Shown: positions 27,788 through 37,719 of the stretch, piece by piece
How positions within the stretch are numbered: the first letter of the stretch is position 1
How the letters are laid out: every line of letters begins with the position of its first letter
DNA from: Chlamydiia bacterium
Lineage (GTDB): Bacteria > Chlamydiota > Chlamydiia > Chlamydiales > FEN-1388
Assembly: GCA_903848235.1 (NCBI GenBank)
Contig: CAINFV010000089.1
Span: 1-45,711, forward strand
Reading direction: 5' to 3'
DNA: 45,711 nt
Program-made: the position numbers and the translations under genes
The notes under the pieces: generated by a model
Told to the model about the DNA's origin: nothing
What the model saw: only the letters and a program-made list of their open reading frames with translations
Databases searched by the model: none

Positions 27788-30700
27788 TTAGTGGCTTTTC
27801 GACCACGCTTGAAACTCTTGGTCGAAGGTCTCTTTGTGGAGGTTGTGCCACGTGAGAACGCCCAGCCCTTCTTCTCTCGCCTTCTCCTTGCAAAAGCGAA
27901 TTTTTTGGAAATATGTTTCAAAATTTGTCTCTTTCTTTGGGGATAGACCGGATAGATACATGATACCTTTGTCCATTAGCTTCGCTTCTTCCCGTGCCTT
28001 TTCCCAAACTTTTTTTAGGACCCACTCTTCTTTGTTATCCGCACATCCAGACTTTTTGTACTCTGAAAGGAGAGATTTGTATTGAGAAAAATCCATAGTT
28101 TCGGCCCCTGGTAACTCTACAAACGTCGCCCATTCTTGCCTCAGAGCTTCTTCTCGCCTTTCGGCTTCATCAAGATATTTACTAGCGGCCTCTTCAGTTG
28201 GTTCTTTTTTTCCCTCTTCGTATCGGGCGAATCTCACCCTGTGGAGATTAACACCATTGTCTGCTAGGTACCTTATCATCTTAATGTTTTGTTCATCTCC
28301 CTGTGCGCCGCGTTCCAATTTGTTCGATAAAAACGTTATCCGTCCATCGGCGTCGGTACCAATTTCACCATAGGACACGCTTCGCGTTGACATCAACCCA
28401 GAGAAGGTTGAGTGGTCGAAAACACCCTCGACGTATCCTCCGCAATGAAGTGTATTGTCAGTACTGAGGAAGAAAATGCCAACCCCTCTTTCCTTGTGAG
28501 CTATTCCACGGTCAATACCAGAGTCGTATGGGTATCCGTTGCGGACGAGCTTTCCATCCTCCACCGTTGTCTTGTAGGCTAGTTTTTTTTCTAGGATAAG
28601 TGAGACGCGGTTTCTCGGTGGTATCCATCCGCTGTCGTCTTGTTGTTCGATCCATGTATCATAGCTCATAGGTAGGTGGGACTTCTCAAACCGGCCTTTC
28701 ACTTCGGCCTCTTTTCCCTTCTTCCACTCCTCAAATTCACCTCTGAAGGTCTCGAGATTCGCGTCTAACCACTCAGTAACACCTAAATCCGCATCTTTCG
28801 CCTTCTCTTTGCAAAACATAATTTTTTGTGCATATGATTTAAAATCAGCCGCTCCTTCGGGAAGGAGCGTTGCTGCGTAGGCGGTGTCTGTGGCATGCGA
28901 TGTTATTTCCCAAAGTTTTTTTAACGCCCACATTTCTTTGTTTTTTTGATATGAGAGTGGCAGAGTCTCGTTGAACCATGCCTTGTACTGTTTTAGCGAT
29001 ATTGCTTCCGCTCCAGGTAATTTCGTAAATGCAATCCATTGATTCTTAAGGTTCTCTGCCCTACTTTTGGCTTCCCTCAGGTATGCGCTTGCGTTTATTT
29101 CAAGCGGCGCCATAGTGACTTTTTCGAAGTAGGTGAACGTTACCTCATCAAGATTGACCCCCTGCTTTGCAAACCACTCTAACATCTGTACGTTCTGGTC
29201 TTCGGTTGGGGTATAATGTCCGCTTTTGTTCGACAAAAACGTTATCTGACCATCTTCGGTGGTGCCAATTTCGCCGCCGCACATTATCGCCCCGCTTCCA
29301 AAGAAGCTTGAATGGTGAAATACATCTTTAACGTGTCCTCCGCAATAGAGCTCTCCATCGGGACCGACAACGAAAATGCCAACTCCTTTTCCTGCGTGAA
29401 ATATGCTATGGTCACTGCTAGAATCGTATGGGTGCCCATTGCGGACGAGCCTGCCGGATATCACTTTTGTGCAATAGGGCGTTCTTTGCTCTTCGGTGAG
29501 GGCGACAAAGGGCCTTGGTGGCATCCATTCGCTGTCGTCTTGCTGTTGTCTCCATTTGTCAAACGATTCCTCGGGTAGCTGGGTCTTCAAGAACCTGTCC
29601 CTAATCTCGCCCTCTTTTTTCGCTTTCCATTGAACAAACATTTCTTCAAAGCCAATTGAATGACTTTTCCAACTCTCTCTAACGTCTAACCCATCCTTTT
29701 TCGCTAGTTCCTTGCAAAAGCAAATTTTTTGAAAATATGTTGGAAAATCACTCTCCCTCACGAAATCGAGCTCACGTCCGTAGATATTGATTGGGGTATC
29801 TGCGGAAGGCCTTGCTTCCTCCCAAACTTTATGCAGCATCCATGTTTCTTCTCTGTCCGGATTGCCTGATTCTTTATACTCAAGATGCCATTGCATATAC
29901 TTCTGAAGGGATATATTTAGTGCCCCTGGGAATTTTCTAAATGCGTCCCAATTTTTCTTCTCTACCTTGGCCTCTTCCTCATCCTCGGTTTTCCTACGAG
30001 CTAAGAATTCTCCCCGGGCCTCTTCCATTCTCAACGGGGGTGATTGACGAATGCGCGCTACTTCAGATTCGCTTGGGCCAGGTGATCCTGTGAGAGGTAG
30101 TGTGTCCTGAGACGAAGTGTCTGAGAGAGCCTTTCTCTCGTGCGGAGGGGGGGGCGCAGCTTCTGTATCTCCCTCGTAAGTATGGGGGAGCGCAGCTTCT
30201 GTATCTCCCTCGTAAGTATGGGGGAGCGCCGCTTCTGTATCTCCCTCGTAAGCATGGGGGAGCGCAGCTTCTGTATCTCCCTCGTAAGCATGGGGGAGCG
30301 CAGCTTCTGTATCTCCCTCGTAAGTATGGGGGAGCGCCGCTTCTGCATCTTCCTCGTAAGTATGGGGGGCCGTGGCTGATTTCGGTGATTTGCTAGTCCC
30401 TTCGTCTTCGGCGTTATCAAAGGCCAATGCAGGAGGTTCGCTTTTGCCTTTTTTATTCCCCTGGGCAGTTTCTTTGGGCTCTACGATGGAAGAGAGTTTA
30501 GCTGCTTTTCTGGTTAGTCGTTCATCCTTACTGTCCCGCCACAATAACAACTCATCTTCAGTTGGTTGACGTCCCTCAAGTTTGGAAAAATCTTCTGTGT
30601 ATTTACACTCAGCATTTTCTTCTGCTAGCCAAGTAAGGAATCTCCCCTTGTCCTTCATTAGACCTGTCGTTCTGCTCCACTCCTCCTCTTTACTTCTGAC

Positions 30701-31315
30701 CCAGATGGCAAAAGATTGAGCCGACGCCGGTATTTGTATAGAAATGGGGTGATTTTCCCAAAACGATGCCATGAGTCGAATCTCGCCCGCCGTGTACTCG
30801 TTTGATGTTCTTCCTCTCAAAACCAGCTCAGTGATGAGAAAATCTTCGTTGCCCACATTCTCTTGACCAACAAAACGCCCTTCAAGCCCGGCCTCCTCCA
30901 TCCCTGCTAATCCCTTGCCAATCGATGTTGCGTAGTCAAAAGTGCGCCTTAGTGTGGCAAGCCTTAGCGTCCTCGCGGCTCGCTCTTTTTCGACACTACC
31001 GGGCTCACCACCCTCTACCAGAATCAGTTTGCAAAGACTCTGAAACCTTTTGTCCGAAGTTATTTTTTTGAATTCATTTTCCTCTACTACGCCCTCAAGC
31101 TCTTCTGGTATCGCTTGGTGACCTTCTGCTGCGGCCTTGATGAGCGACATAAGCTGTTTGCCGCTGATGTGAGAACCCTCTGGTACGTCGTCGGATTTCA
31201 GCAGCTTCCATTTACTTTTTGTCTTGCTTAGGCAGAGCTTACTTGGATCAAGCTGACCCTTGGTTGCCTGATCGAATATTGCCCAGCTATCGGGACCTAA
31301 GTCTACGCTTGTCAT
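27788..31315 (-). CDS. Large modular hypothetical protein (Tyr-acidic repeats, ~300-aa module repeated ~2.4 times, HHSSF..SGHY domain); candidate effector
   Basis: 1175-aa ORF with GGAGGGG RBS; internal repeats visible in translation. Confidence 0.8.
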   Translation of the reverse strand: MTSVDLGPDSWAIFDQATKGQLDPSKLCLSKTKSKWKLLKSDDVPEGSHISGKQLMSLIKAAAEGHQAIPEELEGVVEENEFKKITSDKRFQSLCKLILVEGGEPGSVEKERAARTLRLATLRRTFDYATSIGKGLAGMEEAGLEGRFVGQENVGNEDFLITELVLRGRTSNEYTAGEIRLMASFWENHPISIQIPASAQSFAIWVRSKEEEWSRTTGLMKDKGRFLTWLAEENAECKYTEDFSKLEGRQPTEDELLLWRDSKDERLTRKAAKLSSIVEPKETAQGNKKGKSEPPALAFDNAEDEGTSKSPKSATAPHTYEEDAEAALPHTYEGDTEAALPHAYEGDTEAALPHAYEGDTEAALPHTYEGDTEAALPHTYEGDTEAAPPPPHERKALSDTSSQDTLPLTGSPGPSESEVARIRQSPPLRMEEARGEFLARRKTEDEEEAKVEKKNWDAFRKFPGALNISLQKYMQWHLEYKESGNPDREETWMLHKVWEEARPSADTPINIYGRELDFVRESDFPTYFQKICFCKELAKKDGLDVRESWKSHSIGFEEMFVQWKAKKEGEIRDRFLKTQLPEESFDKWRQQQDDSEWMPPRPFVALTEEQRTPYCTKVISGRLVRNGHPYDSSSDHSIFHAGKGVGIFVVGPDGELYCGGHVKDVFHHSSFFGSGAIMCGGEIGTTEDGQITFLSNKSGHYTPTEDQNVQMLEWFAKQGVNLDEVTFTYFEKVTMAPLEINASAYLREAKSRAENLKNQWIAFTKLPGAEAISLKQYKAWFNETLPLSYQKNKEMWALKKLWEITSHATDTAYAATLLPEGAADFKSYAQKIMFCKEKAKDADLGVTEWLDANLETFRGEFEEWKKGKEAEVKGRFEKSHLPMSYDTWIEQQDDSGWIPPRNRVSLILEKKLAYKTTVEDGKLVRNGYPYDSGIDRGIAHKERGVGIFFLSTDNTLHCGGYVEGVFDHSTFSGLMSTRSVSYGEIGTDADGRITFLSNKLERGAQGDEQNIKMIRYLADNGVNLHRVRFARYEEGKKEPTEEAASKYLDEAERREEALRQEWATFVELPGAETMDFSQYKSLLSEYKKSGCADNKEEWVLKKVWEKAREEAKLMDKGIMYLSGLSPKKETNFETYFQKIRFCKEKAREEGLGVLTWHNLHKETFDQEFQAWSKSH
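30154..30369. repeat. Coding tandem repeat, 6 x 36 bp (PH[T/A]YEGDTEAAL)
   Basis: Unit GCGCAGCTTCTGTATCTCCCTCGTAAGTATGGGGGA, contiguous, no spacers. Confidence 0.95.
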
Positions 31316-31348
31316 GGAATCCCCTCCTTCCCGTCATTGGTGGGAGCT

Positions 31349-31370
31349 TATACTTCTTCTTGTTCAAGAA
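31349..31370 (-). promoter_or_regulatory. 22-bp recurrent motif (copy 3, TTCTTGAACAAGAAGAAGTATA)
   Basis: 21/22 identical to copy 1; ends 34 bp upstream of ATG 31315. Confidence 0.6.
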
Positions 31371-31559
31371 AAAAATATATTTGTTCTGATCTCATATATA
31401 GGCAAAAATAAATATTTAATATACGGGTTTTGCCATGACGGTCACAATCGCTGTTGTAGAGAGCCATTTTGTGGCCTTTACGACTAACGCCAATGCTAGC
31501 CTATAAATTTTTGAAAATGAAGGCGTGCCATAGGATGCTATGGCAACAGGCTAAAGCCA

Positions 31560-34500
31560 TCAATGTGGGGAATTTCGCAGTTCGGCATGCGTGGCGATGA
31601 TCGCAAGACATCGTTCAACAGAACTTGGCAGGTTATGCGGTGGTTCCATGGCAAGGAGTGCTCGGGCGCGCGTGAGAGGAGTAGCGTGTTCGAGGGCTAC
31701 GGGGGCCCCTGCCATCGGATCTTCTTTGCCTTCCAGCAAAGATTCAAAATCAACATCGTCAGCGTGCTGCTCCACGGCCATCAGTGCATCGGCAAAAGTG
31801 CGTTCTAATTGTTGAGATTTTTTTATGCATTTTCTTTGTTGCACAAGGAGAGATGTCCGCCGTGCCTCATCAAGAACTGGTTGAGGTGACTCTGTTAATG
31901 TGATATCCCCTAGGGACAGATTTTCCGCCTTTGCTCCTTCATAGAACTGCCCTGTCTCAGTGGCGCTGACGATAGCCCACGTATTTACGAAGGGGTCAAA
32001 CCAGAAACAATAGTGTATTGCAAGAAGCTTTTCGGAAAGAGTGATGCCAAAATTGGAGTCTGCGAAATGGATCAAAAGGTTTTGGTATTGAGGACAGCTC
32101 TCTGCAAACCTTGTTATGAGCAGGTAGTGGAGATCGGAGGGGGAGAGAGAAATCTGCATATTGTCTATCAGAGTTCTCTGAGGAAGTCTCCTGATGGTTT
32201 GAGTAAGGGGACCCCAGAACCGTGCTTGGATCTTCCTTGCAAGCTCTGTATGGAGAGCAGTATCGAACGTTGCGATGATCTCGTCGATGGTGGACTCTTG
32301 ATTCTCAAGCTCCGGCCGAAGGATTTGTAGTACCCCTTTGTGGATAGCGTCAATTTCAGAAAAAGTGAAGCATACTTTTTTATGGATAGTATGAAGACGA
32401 AGCGTTACTTCCCGACACCCTTGTTGTACCAAGAAATTGATGAGAGAATAGAATTTTGGAAGATCTTGATCGAATGAGGGGATATCTTTGAGAGGAGTTT
32501 GAATACATTGTGCAAGGAGCGTCTCTTGACGGACGAGTGGGTCGTCGGATATTCGGAACAAGGAAGCGTGTGGAGGAAGATTGGTAGCATGAGAATAGAG
32601 GTCATGGAGCAAATTATCGACGCTATCGGATAGTTGGAGGTGATCTCTGATCCATTCGTGAGGCTTATGCGTGACGATGAAAGCATGTGGCACGCCCTTG
32701 CGCACAGCCGTGGAGATCGCATCTCGTATGATCGATGGAATCGTATTCGTATAATCTAGGAGAGAAAAAGAGAGCGATTGCTCTTTTATTGCATCAAGAA
32801 CGTCGGCCTTGAGTTGTGCGAGAAGTTTCCCCTGAAAGGATGTTTTTACATGAGCATCTTGGAAATGAATCCACACTTCGTGCGAACACTGTTCAACGAA
32901 ATAGGAAACAATATCGTTCACCGTTTCTGCTGGAATTTGCTGGAAGGACTGTTCTATTACGGCTCTTGTACTCGAATCAAGGGCTAGCAGCTCGTCCTTG
33001 AATGAGAATAGTGGGAACTTTGAAAAGGATGGATCGTTTGGGAGGAGCCGGAAGCTATGTGTTGCAGTCGTTGCTCGGAATGAAAGATCCTCTCCTTGTT
33101 CTTGCGATTGACGCAGCCCTCGGAGCCACAGAAGGAAGCCTCGCTTTGTGCTATCTATTGGACTTGTGTGGTTATTGGGGGATCGTGGGTAGTGTTTGCT
33201 AAAAACGGGCAAAATATCATGAATCCCATGATGCTCAATAACGTAGGCCCCGAAGATTTCAAGTCCAACAGAGGGAAGAAAAGTCTCGGGTAGGATTCCT
33301 TTTGGGAGGGGTTTTTTCTCGTAGACCTCTGCGAACAATGCATCAAACGATTGAAAGAGTAATTGTTGAAACTCTCTCCGTGAAAGGGGTCGCAGCCTGT
33401 CTTCCTCTTGGAAAAAAAAGGCAAACGCTCCTGGGATTTCACGTCCGGCATAGAGGAAGGGGAAGGGGCTTGGGATCCATTGAAGACGAAGGTGTTCTAT
33501 GGGGGTAAGGGCTGAACCCGATGGTTTACCTACTTGGAGTAGCGGTTTCTCTAAAAAGGAATGAAACTCTTGAATTTTTTTAATGAGCGCATCGAGCCCG
33601 AACCGTAGAGCAATTTTATTAAAGCAGTTGAAAATTCGCCGCATTGTAGTGAAAGGAACTTCCCAAGAGGTTTGTGAGTAAGGCGAAAATGGGGGACAAA
33701 GAGTGCTTCCAAGCGTATTTTCTATTACTCTGAGGAGTGGTGACTGTGTTGGCGATTCAATCAGAAGGCGGATTCGATCACACTCTTCTTCTCTGAGAGT
33801 TCCTGGGAACAGTGCTTTGATCTTTTGCAAGAGTTCGTGCATTGTCTTGGGGTTTTTCGCAAGAACAGCATTCCATTGTGGGTTGTCGAGTTGTGCATTC
33901 TCCTTTATACATGCCTCCAGACGTGAGCCTCTGAGACTTCGTACGTCGGTAATCTTGTTATACAGCGCTACGGTCTCAGGCACTTCGAGTCCGAGAAACA
34001 TCTCAGGAATCCCTCGATAGTACCGTGTCATATATCCTAGGAAAAGGAGTTCTTTCATATCATCGATTAGCCAACGAAGGCCGGAGATCTGTTTTTCAGA
34101 AAGGAGGCTGTCTAAGACACAGCTGCCAAGGCAGTGCTGGCGCCAGTAGGTCAAGCATGTGGCAAGACAGACCTGATGGGTGTCATACGCTGTAACAGGG
34201 GTGTCGTGTGGCCGCATGAGAGCATTATTGATGATGCGGGTTCCATATAGACCTTGAGGGGGCGATGGAATAGCCTCTATGGCTTTTTGCAGGCTGCTAT
34301 CGCTTCTGAGCTTCTTTAGGGTGGTTGAGATATGTTTTTCGACAGAGTCTCTCTGGTCTTTGGTAGCCAGAAAGAGATCTTGCACCTGATCTGCCATTCC
34401 AAGGTTAAGTTCTCCATTGGGTAGGACGAGCGTCTGTGCGATGGCAAGGGGGATGAGTGTGCAACGAAGAGATTGGAAGTTGTAGATACCTATTGCTTTT

Positions 34501-35117
34501 AGCTCTTCGATCTTCTGGAGATACCGAGCTTGAAGAGCCTCAAGTTTAGCGCGCGTTTTCGTCATCGCATCTTCTTGCAAGGAGGAGAGGGTGGTGTTCG
34601 ATAAAGGTTCTTTGCGAAGGTAGAGCAATTGGGATGAGAGAGCAGCGCCTTCAAGAAGAGTCAGTCCGCCACGTAATGGCCCATCGATAAACACTCCTTC
34701 GAGTATGAGACGAAGAGAGCGGCATTGAGGTTGTGTGTACTGAGCGGACTGTTCTAAAAGGACGTGGAGCGTGTTTAAAAGGGAGGCATACCCTGGTTCA
34801 CCGGCAAAGGGGGAGAAAATCGTCTGAAAGTTTTCTAAAAGGTCATGTGCTGGCGTTTCTTTCAGGTAGGCGGCATTGATGTGGCGAAGGAAGCTCGCCC
34901 GTTTTTTCCTGAGCGAATTCGTTTCTTCCACCATTGAAAGAAGAGGGGAGGGTTTGGGCCCTATGGCGTCGAGTAATGTTTCGTGTACAACATGTACCTC
35001 TTTGGAGGCTGGGAGCGGCTCTTCTTCGAAGGAGGCGTGAAGATAAGGAGCGGGGTGGGGTTGAATTGTGAATTGGGCAAAGACTGTTGTGAGTTGAGTT
35101 ACTTGTGATTCTGACAT
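31560..35117 (-). CDS. Large hypothetical protein with RQxxxGSC motif
   Basis: 1185-aa ORF after an AT-rich spacer; LTYWRQHCLGSC, THSFRLLP, FADSNF motifs. Confidence 0.7.
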   Translation of the reverse strand: MSESQVTQLTTVFAQFTIQPHPAPYLHASFEEEPLPASKEVHVVHETLLDAIGPKPSPLLSMVEETNSLRKKRASFLRHINAAYLKETPAHDLLENFQTIFSPFAGEPGYASLLNTLHVLLEQSAQYTQPQCRSLRLILEGVFIDGPLRGGLTLLEGAALSSQLLYLRKEPLSNTTLSSLQEDAMTKTRAKLEALQARYLQKIEELKAIGIYNFQSLRCTLIPLAIAQTLVLPNGELNLGMADQVQDLFLATKDQRDSVEKHISTTLKKLRSDSSLQKAIEAIPSPPQGLYGTRIINNALMRPHDTPVTAYDTHQVCLATCLTYWRQHCLGSCVLDSLLSEKQISGLRWLIDDMKELLFLGYMTRYYRGIPEMFLGLEVPETVALYNKITDVRSLRGSRLEACIKENAQLDNPQWNAVLAKNPKTMHELLQKIKALFPGTLREEECDRIRLLIESPTQSPLLRVIENTLGSTLCPPFSPYSQTSWEVPFTTMRRIFNCFNKIALRFGLDALIKKIQEFHSFLEKPLLQVGKPSGSALTPIEHLRLQWIPSPFPFLYAGREIPGAFAFFFQEEDRLRPLSRREFQQLLFQSFDALFAEVYEKKPLPKGILPETFLPSVGLEIFGAYVIEHHGIHDILPVFSKHYPRSPNNHTSPIDSTKRGFLLWLRGLRQSQEQGEDLSFRATTATHSFRLLPNDPSFSKFPLFSFKDELLALDSSTRAVIEQSFQQIPAETVNDIVSYFVEQCSHEVWIHFQDAHVKTSFQGKLLAQLKADVLDAIKEQSLSFSLLDYTNTIPSIIRDAISTAVRKGVPHAFIVTHKPHEWIRDHLQLSDSVDNLLHDLYSHATNLPPHASLFRISDDPLVRQETLLAQCIQTPLKDIPSFDQDLPKFYSLINFLVQQGCREVTLRLHTIHKKVCFTFSEIDAIHKGVLQILRPELENQESTIDEIIATFDTALHTELARKIQARFWGPLTQTIRRLPQRTLIDNMQISLSPSDLHYLLITRFAESCPQYQNLLIHFADSNFGITLSEKLLAIHYCFWFDPFVNTWAIVSATETGQFYEGAKAENLSLGDITLTESPQPVLDEARRTSLLVQQRKCIKKSQQLERTFADALMAVEQHADDVDFESLLEGKEDPMAGAPVALEHATPLTRARALLAMEPPHNLPSSVERCLAIIATHAELRNSPH

Positions 35118-35212
35118 AAGAAAAAGCCTTTTTAATATAATTTAACGTTATTGAAAGAAGATATTATTTTATTAATAAAACATAATTCGCGATCTTTCAA
35201 TTAATGGGAGAA

Positions 35213-36151
35213 TTAGGAGATTTCCCAGGCGATAGGCATCACGTCTGCAATCGACGTTGCACTCTCGCGGATCATAAGGAGTCGATCAAAGCCGACAGCA
35301 ACGCCGCAGCAATCAGGAAGTCCTCTTTCTAATGCTGAGAGGAATGCATCGTCAATAGGATACATCTCTTTTCCCTGGGCCTGCCGGTGTGCATTATCAG
35401 CAGAAAAACGGGCTCTTTGCTCATGAGGATCTGCCAGTTCATGGTATCCATTTGCCAGCTCCAGGCCTTCGCAATAGATTTCAAACCGTTCGGCAACCTT
35501 CTGCCCGTTGTCGGTGGTCTGGCGAGCCAGGGCCGCCTGTGAGGCTGGGTAATGGTATAGAACCGTAATGGCCTTAGGATCAAAGGAGGGTTCTACCTTG
35601 ATGGCTAACAAGAGATTGAGCAAATCATCACGAGAGCTTGTTTTGACTGGGTAGCCTTCGAAAGCAGTACAGGCATCTTGAAGCTGTTGGAGGGAAGAGG
35701 TGAAAGGGTCGATCTTGGCATGGGTGATAAAGGCGTCGCGGTAGGAAACAAATCTCCTCTGGCGTTCTCCAATGAATCGTTCAGCAAATTCAATCGTTTC
35801 ATCCATCATTTCAGAGAAGGAAATCCCAATGCGATACCACTCTGCAAGAAGAAATTCCGGTGAGTGGCGAGCGCCAGCTTCTTCATGGCGCCACACATGG
35901 CCGAGGTAAAAAATTTCTCCGGAGCCTTCGCTCAGCAGGCGTTTCATAGGAAATTCGGGGCTGGAAAAGAGAAAACGCTGTCCATGGATCAGTGAAGAGG
36001 TCGAAAAGAGATCAATATTGACATCTACAGAGGCTTTTGGACTTAACGCCAGACAATCTACTTCCACGATGCTACGTTCTGCAAAAAAAAAGCGTGCTGA
36101 AGCAATAGCTTCAGCACGGCGTGAGAGTTTTGTTCTGAGAGGCGATTCCAC
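35213..36151 (-). CDS. epmA: EF-P lysine aminoacylase
   Basis: SSPEFPMKRLL, HSPEF, YPASQAALA, ERFE, ELANGYHEL, GVAVGFDRL; adjacent to efp. Confidence 0.93.
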   Translation of the reverse strand: MESPLRTKLSRRAEAIASARFFFAERSIVEVDCLALSPKASVDVNIDLFSTSSLIHGQRFLFSSPEFPMKRLLSEGSGEIFYLGHVWRHEEAGARHSPEFLLAEWYRIGISFSEMMDETIEFAERFIGERQRRFVSYRDAFITHAKIDPFTSSLQQLQDACTAFEGYPVKTSSRDDLLNLLLAIKVEPSFDPKAITVLYHYPASQAALARQTTDNGQKVAERFEIYCEGLELANGYHELADPHEQRARFSADNAHRQAQGKEMYPIDDAFLSALERGLPDCCGVAVGFDRLLMIRESATSIADVMPIAWEIS

Positions 36152-36153
36152 GG

Positions 36154-36720
36154 CTATACTCTGCTGACGTATTCGCCGGTGCGTGTGTCAACTTTGATCT
36201 TCTCACCTTGATTGACGAAAATGGGAAGTTGTACCTTTGCCCCTGTTTCGAGAATCGCGGGTTTCAGCACACGTCCAGAGACGGTATCGCCACGGGCGCC
36301 GGGAGATGTCTCGGTGACCGTCAATTCCAAGAATGTCGGCGGTTGTACACTAATAGGCTGGCCGTTGTAGATGACGATCGTATAGAGAAGATCTTCTTTG
36401 AGCCATCCATCAGTCTCTCCGATGCACTCTTTGGAAATCGTAATCTGCTCATACGTGGCGTCATCCATGAAAACAGCGCCATCAACCTCTCGGTAGACCA
36501 TTCTCATTGGGGTTTCAACGACGTCGGCCATATCGAGTTTTTCGCCGGACTTGAGGACTCTTTCGATGACTCGGCCTGTCATCAAGTGTTTTACTTTCAG
36601 CCGATTGAAGGCTTGGCCTTTCCCTGGCTTCACAAACTCATTATTGACAATGATATACGGCTGTCCGTCGAGCTCGACTTTCATGCCAGGCCGCATTTCA
36701 TTGGTGCTTACCTGTACCAT
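36154..36720 (-). CDS. efp: Elongation factor P
   Basis: KPGKGQAF, RGDT, KPAILETG, VDTRTGEYVSR. Confidence 0.97.
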   Translation of the reverse strand: MVQVSTNEMRPGMKVELDGQPYIIVNNEFVKPGKGQAFNRLKVKHLMTGRVIERVLKSGEKLDMADVVETPMRMVYREVDGAVFMDDATYEQITISKECIGETDGWLKEDLLYTIVIYNGQPISVQPPTFLELTVTETSPGARGDTVSGRVLKPAILETGAKVQLPIFVNQGEKIKVDTRTGEYVSRV

Positions 36721-36812
36721 ACCTTAAGGAACCTCTCGTTCTTGTGATGTTGCTGTGCAGTATACCCGGGCTAATGGGTTCGTGTCACTAGGCGAACGTT
36801 TGTTACGGCCGA

Positions 36813-37616
36813 TTATTGTGACGATATCGACTGAGGTTTTACGAACCAAGGTTGGACAAGTTTAAGAAGGATCATCGCGCTGATCGTTGCCGCTTTTCCA
36901 GCCATGCCGAATCCTTGAATCATGATACAGAGCAGAGCCGTTGTGATGACTGTCCCAACCAAGGCTGCGCAACAGAAGCGGCCGATAGTTGATGGTGCAA
37001 GACGCTGTTCAAAGACAAGGATCCACTCGAGGATCATGTGTGGGATCAGTGCGATGAAGAGTCCGGCAGCGAAAATTAGAGAGAAATTGTCGATTCCCCA
37101 TACCTTGACACCTGCATAGGTAAGAACTGCAAGACCTCCAAAAAAACCATACAGACATTGGGTGTACAGAGGTAGTTTTTTCATTAAGAGTAGTCGGCGT
37201 GGCTCTTCATCACCGTTTTGGGCTGAAAGAAAGATCTTTTTCCTGAGCCACAGAATAATCTTTGAAGAGAAGGCGATGGCGATGATGACTGACCATTCTC
37301 CGAAAGGCTGTTTGAGCAGATAGAGAATTGGACACAGAATAATCGAACTCCAGAAAGCGAGAAGGAGAAACTTTTGTGGTTGCAGCTTGTGTACAGGGAC
37401 ATCGCGGACAGCAGCAGATTCAAAGAGTCCTCGAAGAAGTACGATAACAAAAAAGGTTACAAAGACGGAAAAGAGGTAATCAAGCCCAAGGAGCGCCTGC
37501 AATCCATAGAGCAGGCCAAACATGCATACGACGGTTCCATAGAGGCTGATACTGGTGAGGTAGAGCTTGCTCCACAGCCAGAGGCTGTCATTCTCATATT
37601 GTTGTTGAACGGCCAT
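36813..37616 (-). CDS. Hypothetical polytopic membrane protein
   Basis: 267 aa with about eight hydrophobic segments; GAGGGAG RBS. Confidence 0.7.
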   Translation of the reverse strand: MAVQQQYENDSLWLWSKLYLTSISLYGTVVCMFGLLYGLQALLGLDYLFSVFVTFFVIVLLRGLFESAAVRDVPVHKLQPQKFLLLAFWSSIILCPILYLLKQPFGEWSVIIAIAFSSKIILWLRKKIFLSAQNGDEEPRRLLLMKKLPLYTQCLYGFFGGLAVLTYAGVKVWGIDNFSLIFAAGLFIALIPHMILEWILVFEQRLAPSTIGRFCCAALVGTVITTALLCIMIQGFGMAGKAATISAMILLKLVQPWFVKPQSISSQ

Positions 37617-37719
37617 GGTTGTCTCCCTCTAGAAAATGCTTTGTGAAATCAGACCAAAAAAATCATGAAGTTCGGTATCATATACGCTTTTAGAAAAAAC
37701 AACGATTGAGAGAATAGAT

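Noticed and set aside
30154-30369. 36-bp repeats as a CRISPR array
   Set aside because: Units are contiguous with no unique spacers, lie in frame in a long ORF, and no cas genes are present
31515-31535. Sigma54 promoter (TGGCAC on minus strand)
   Set aside because: The -12 TTGC element is absent at the required spacing
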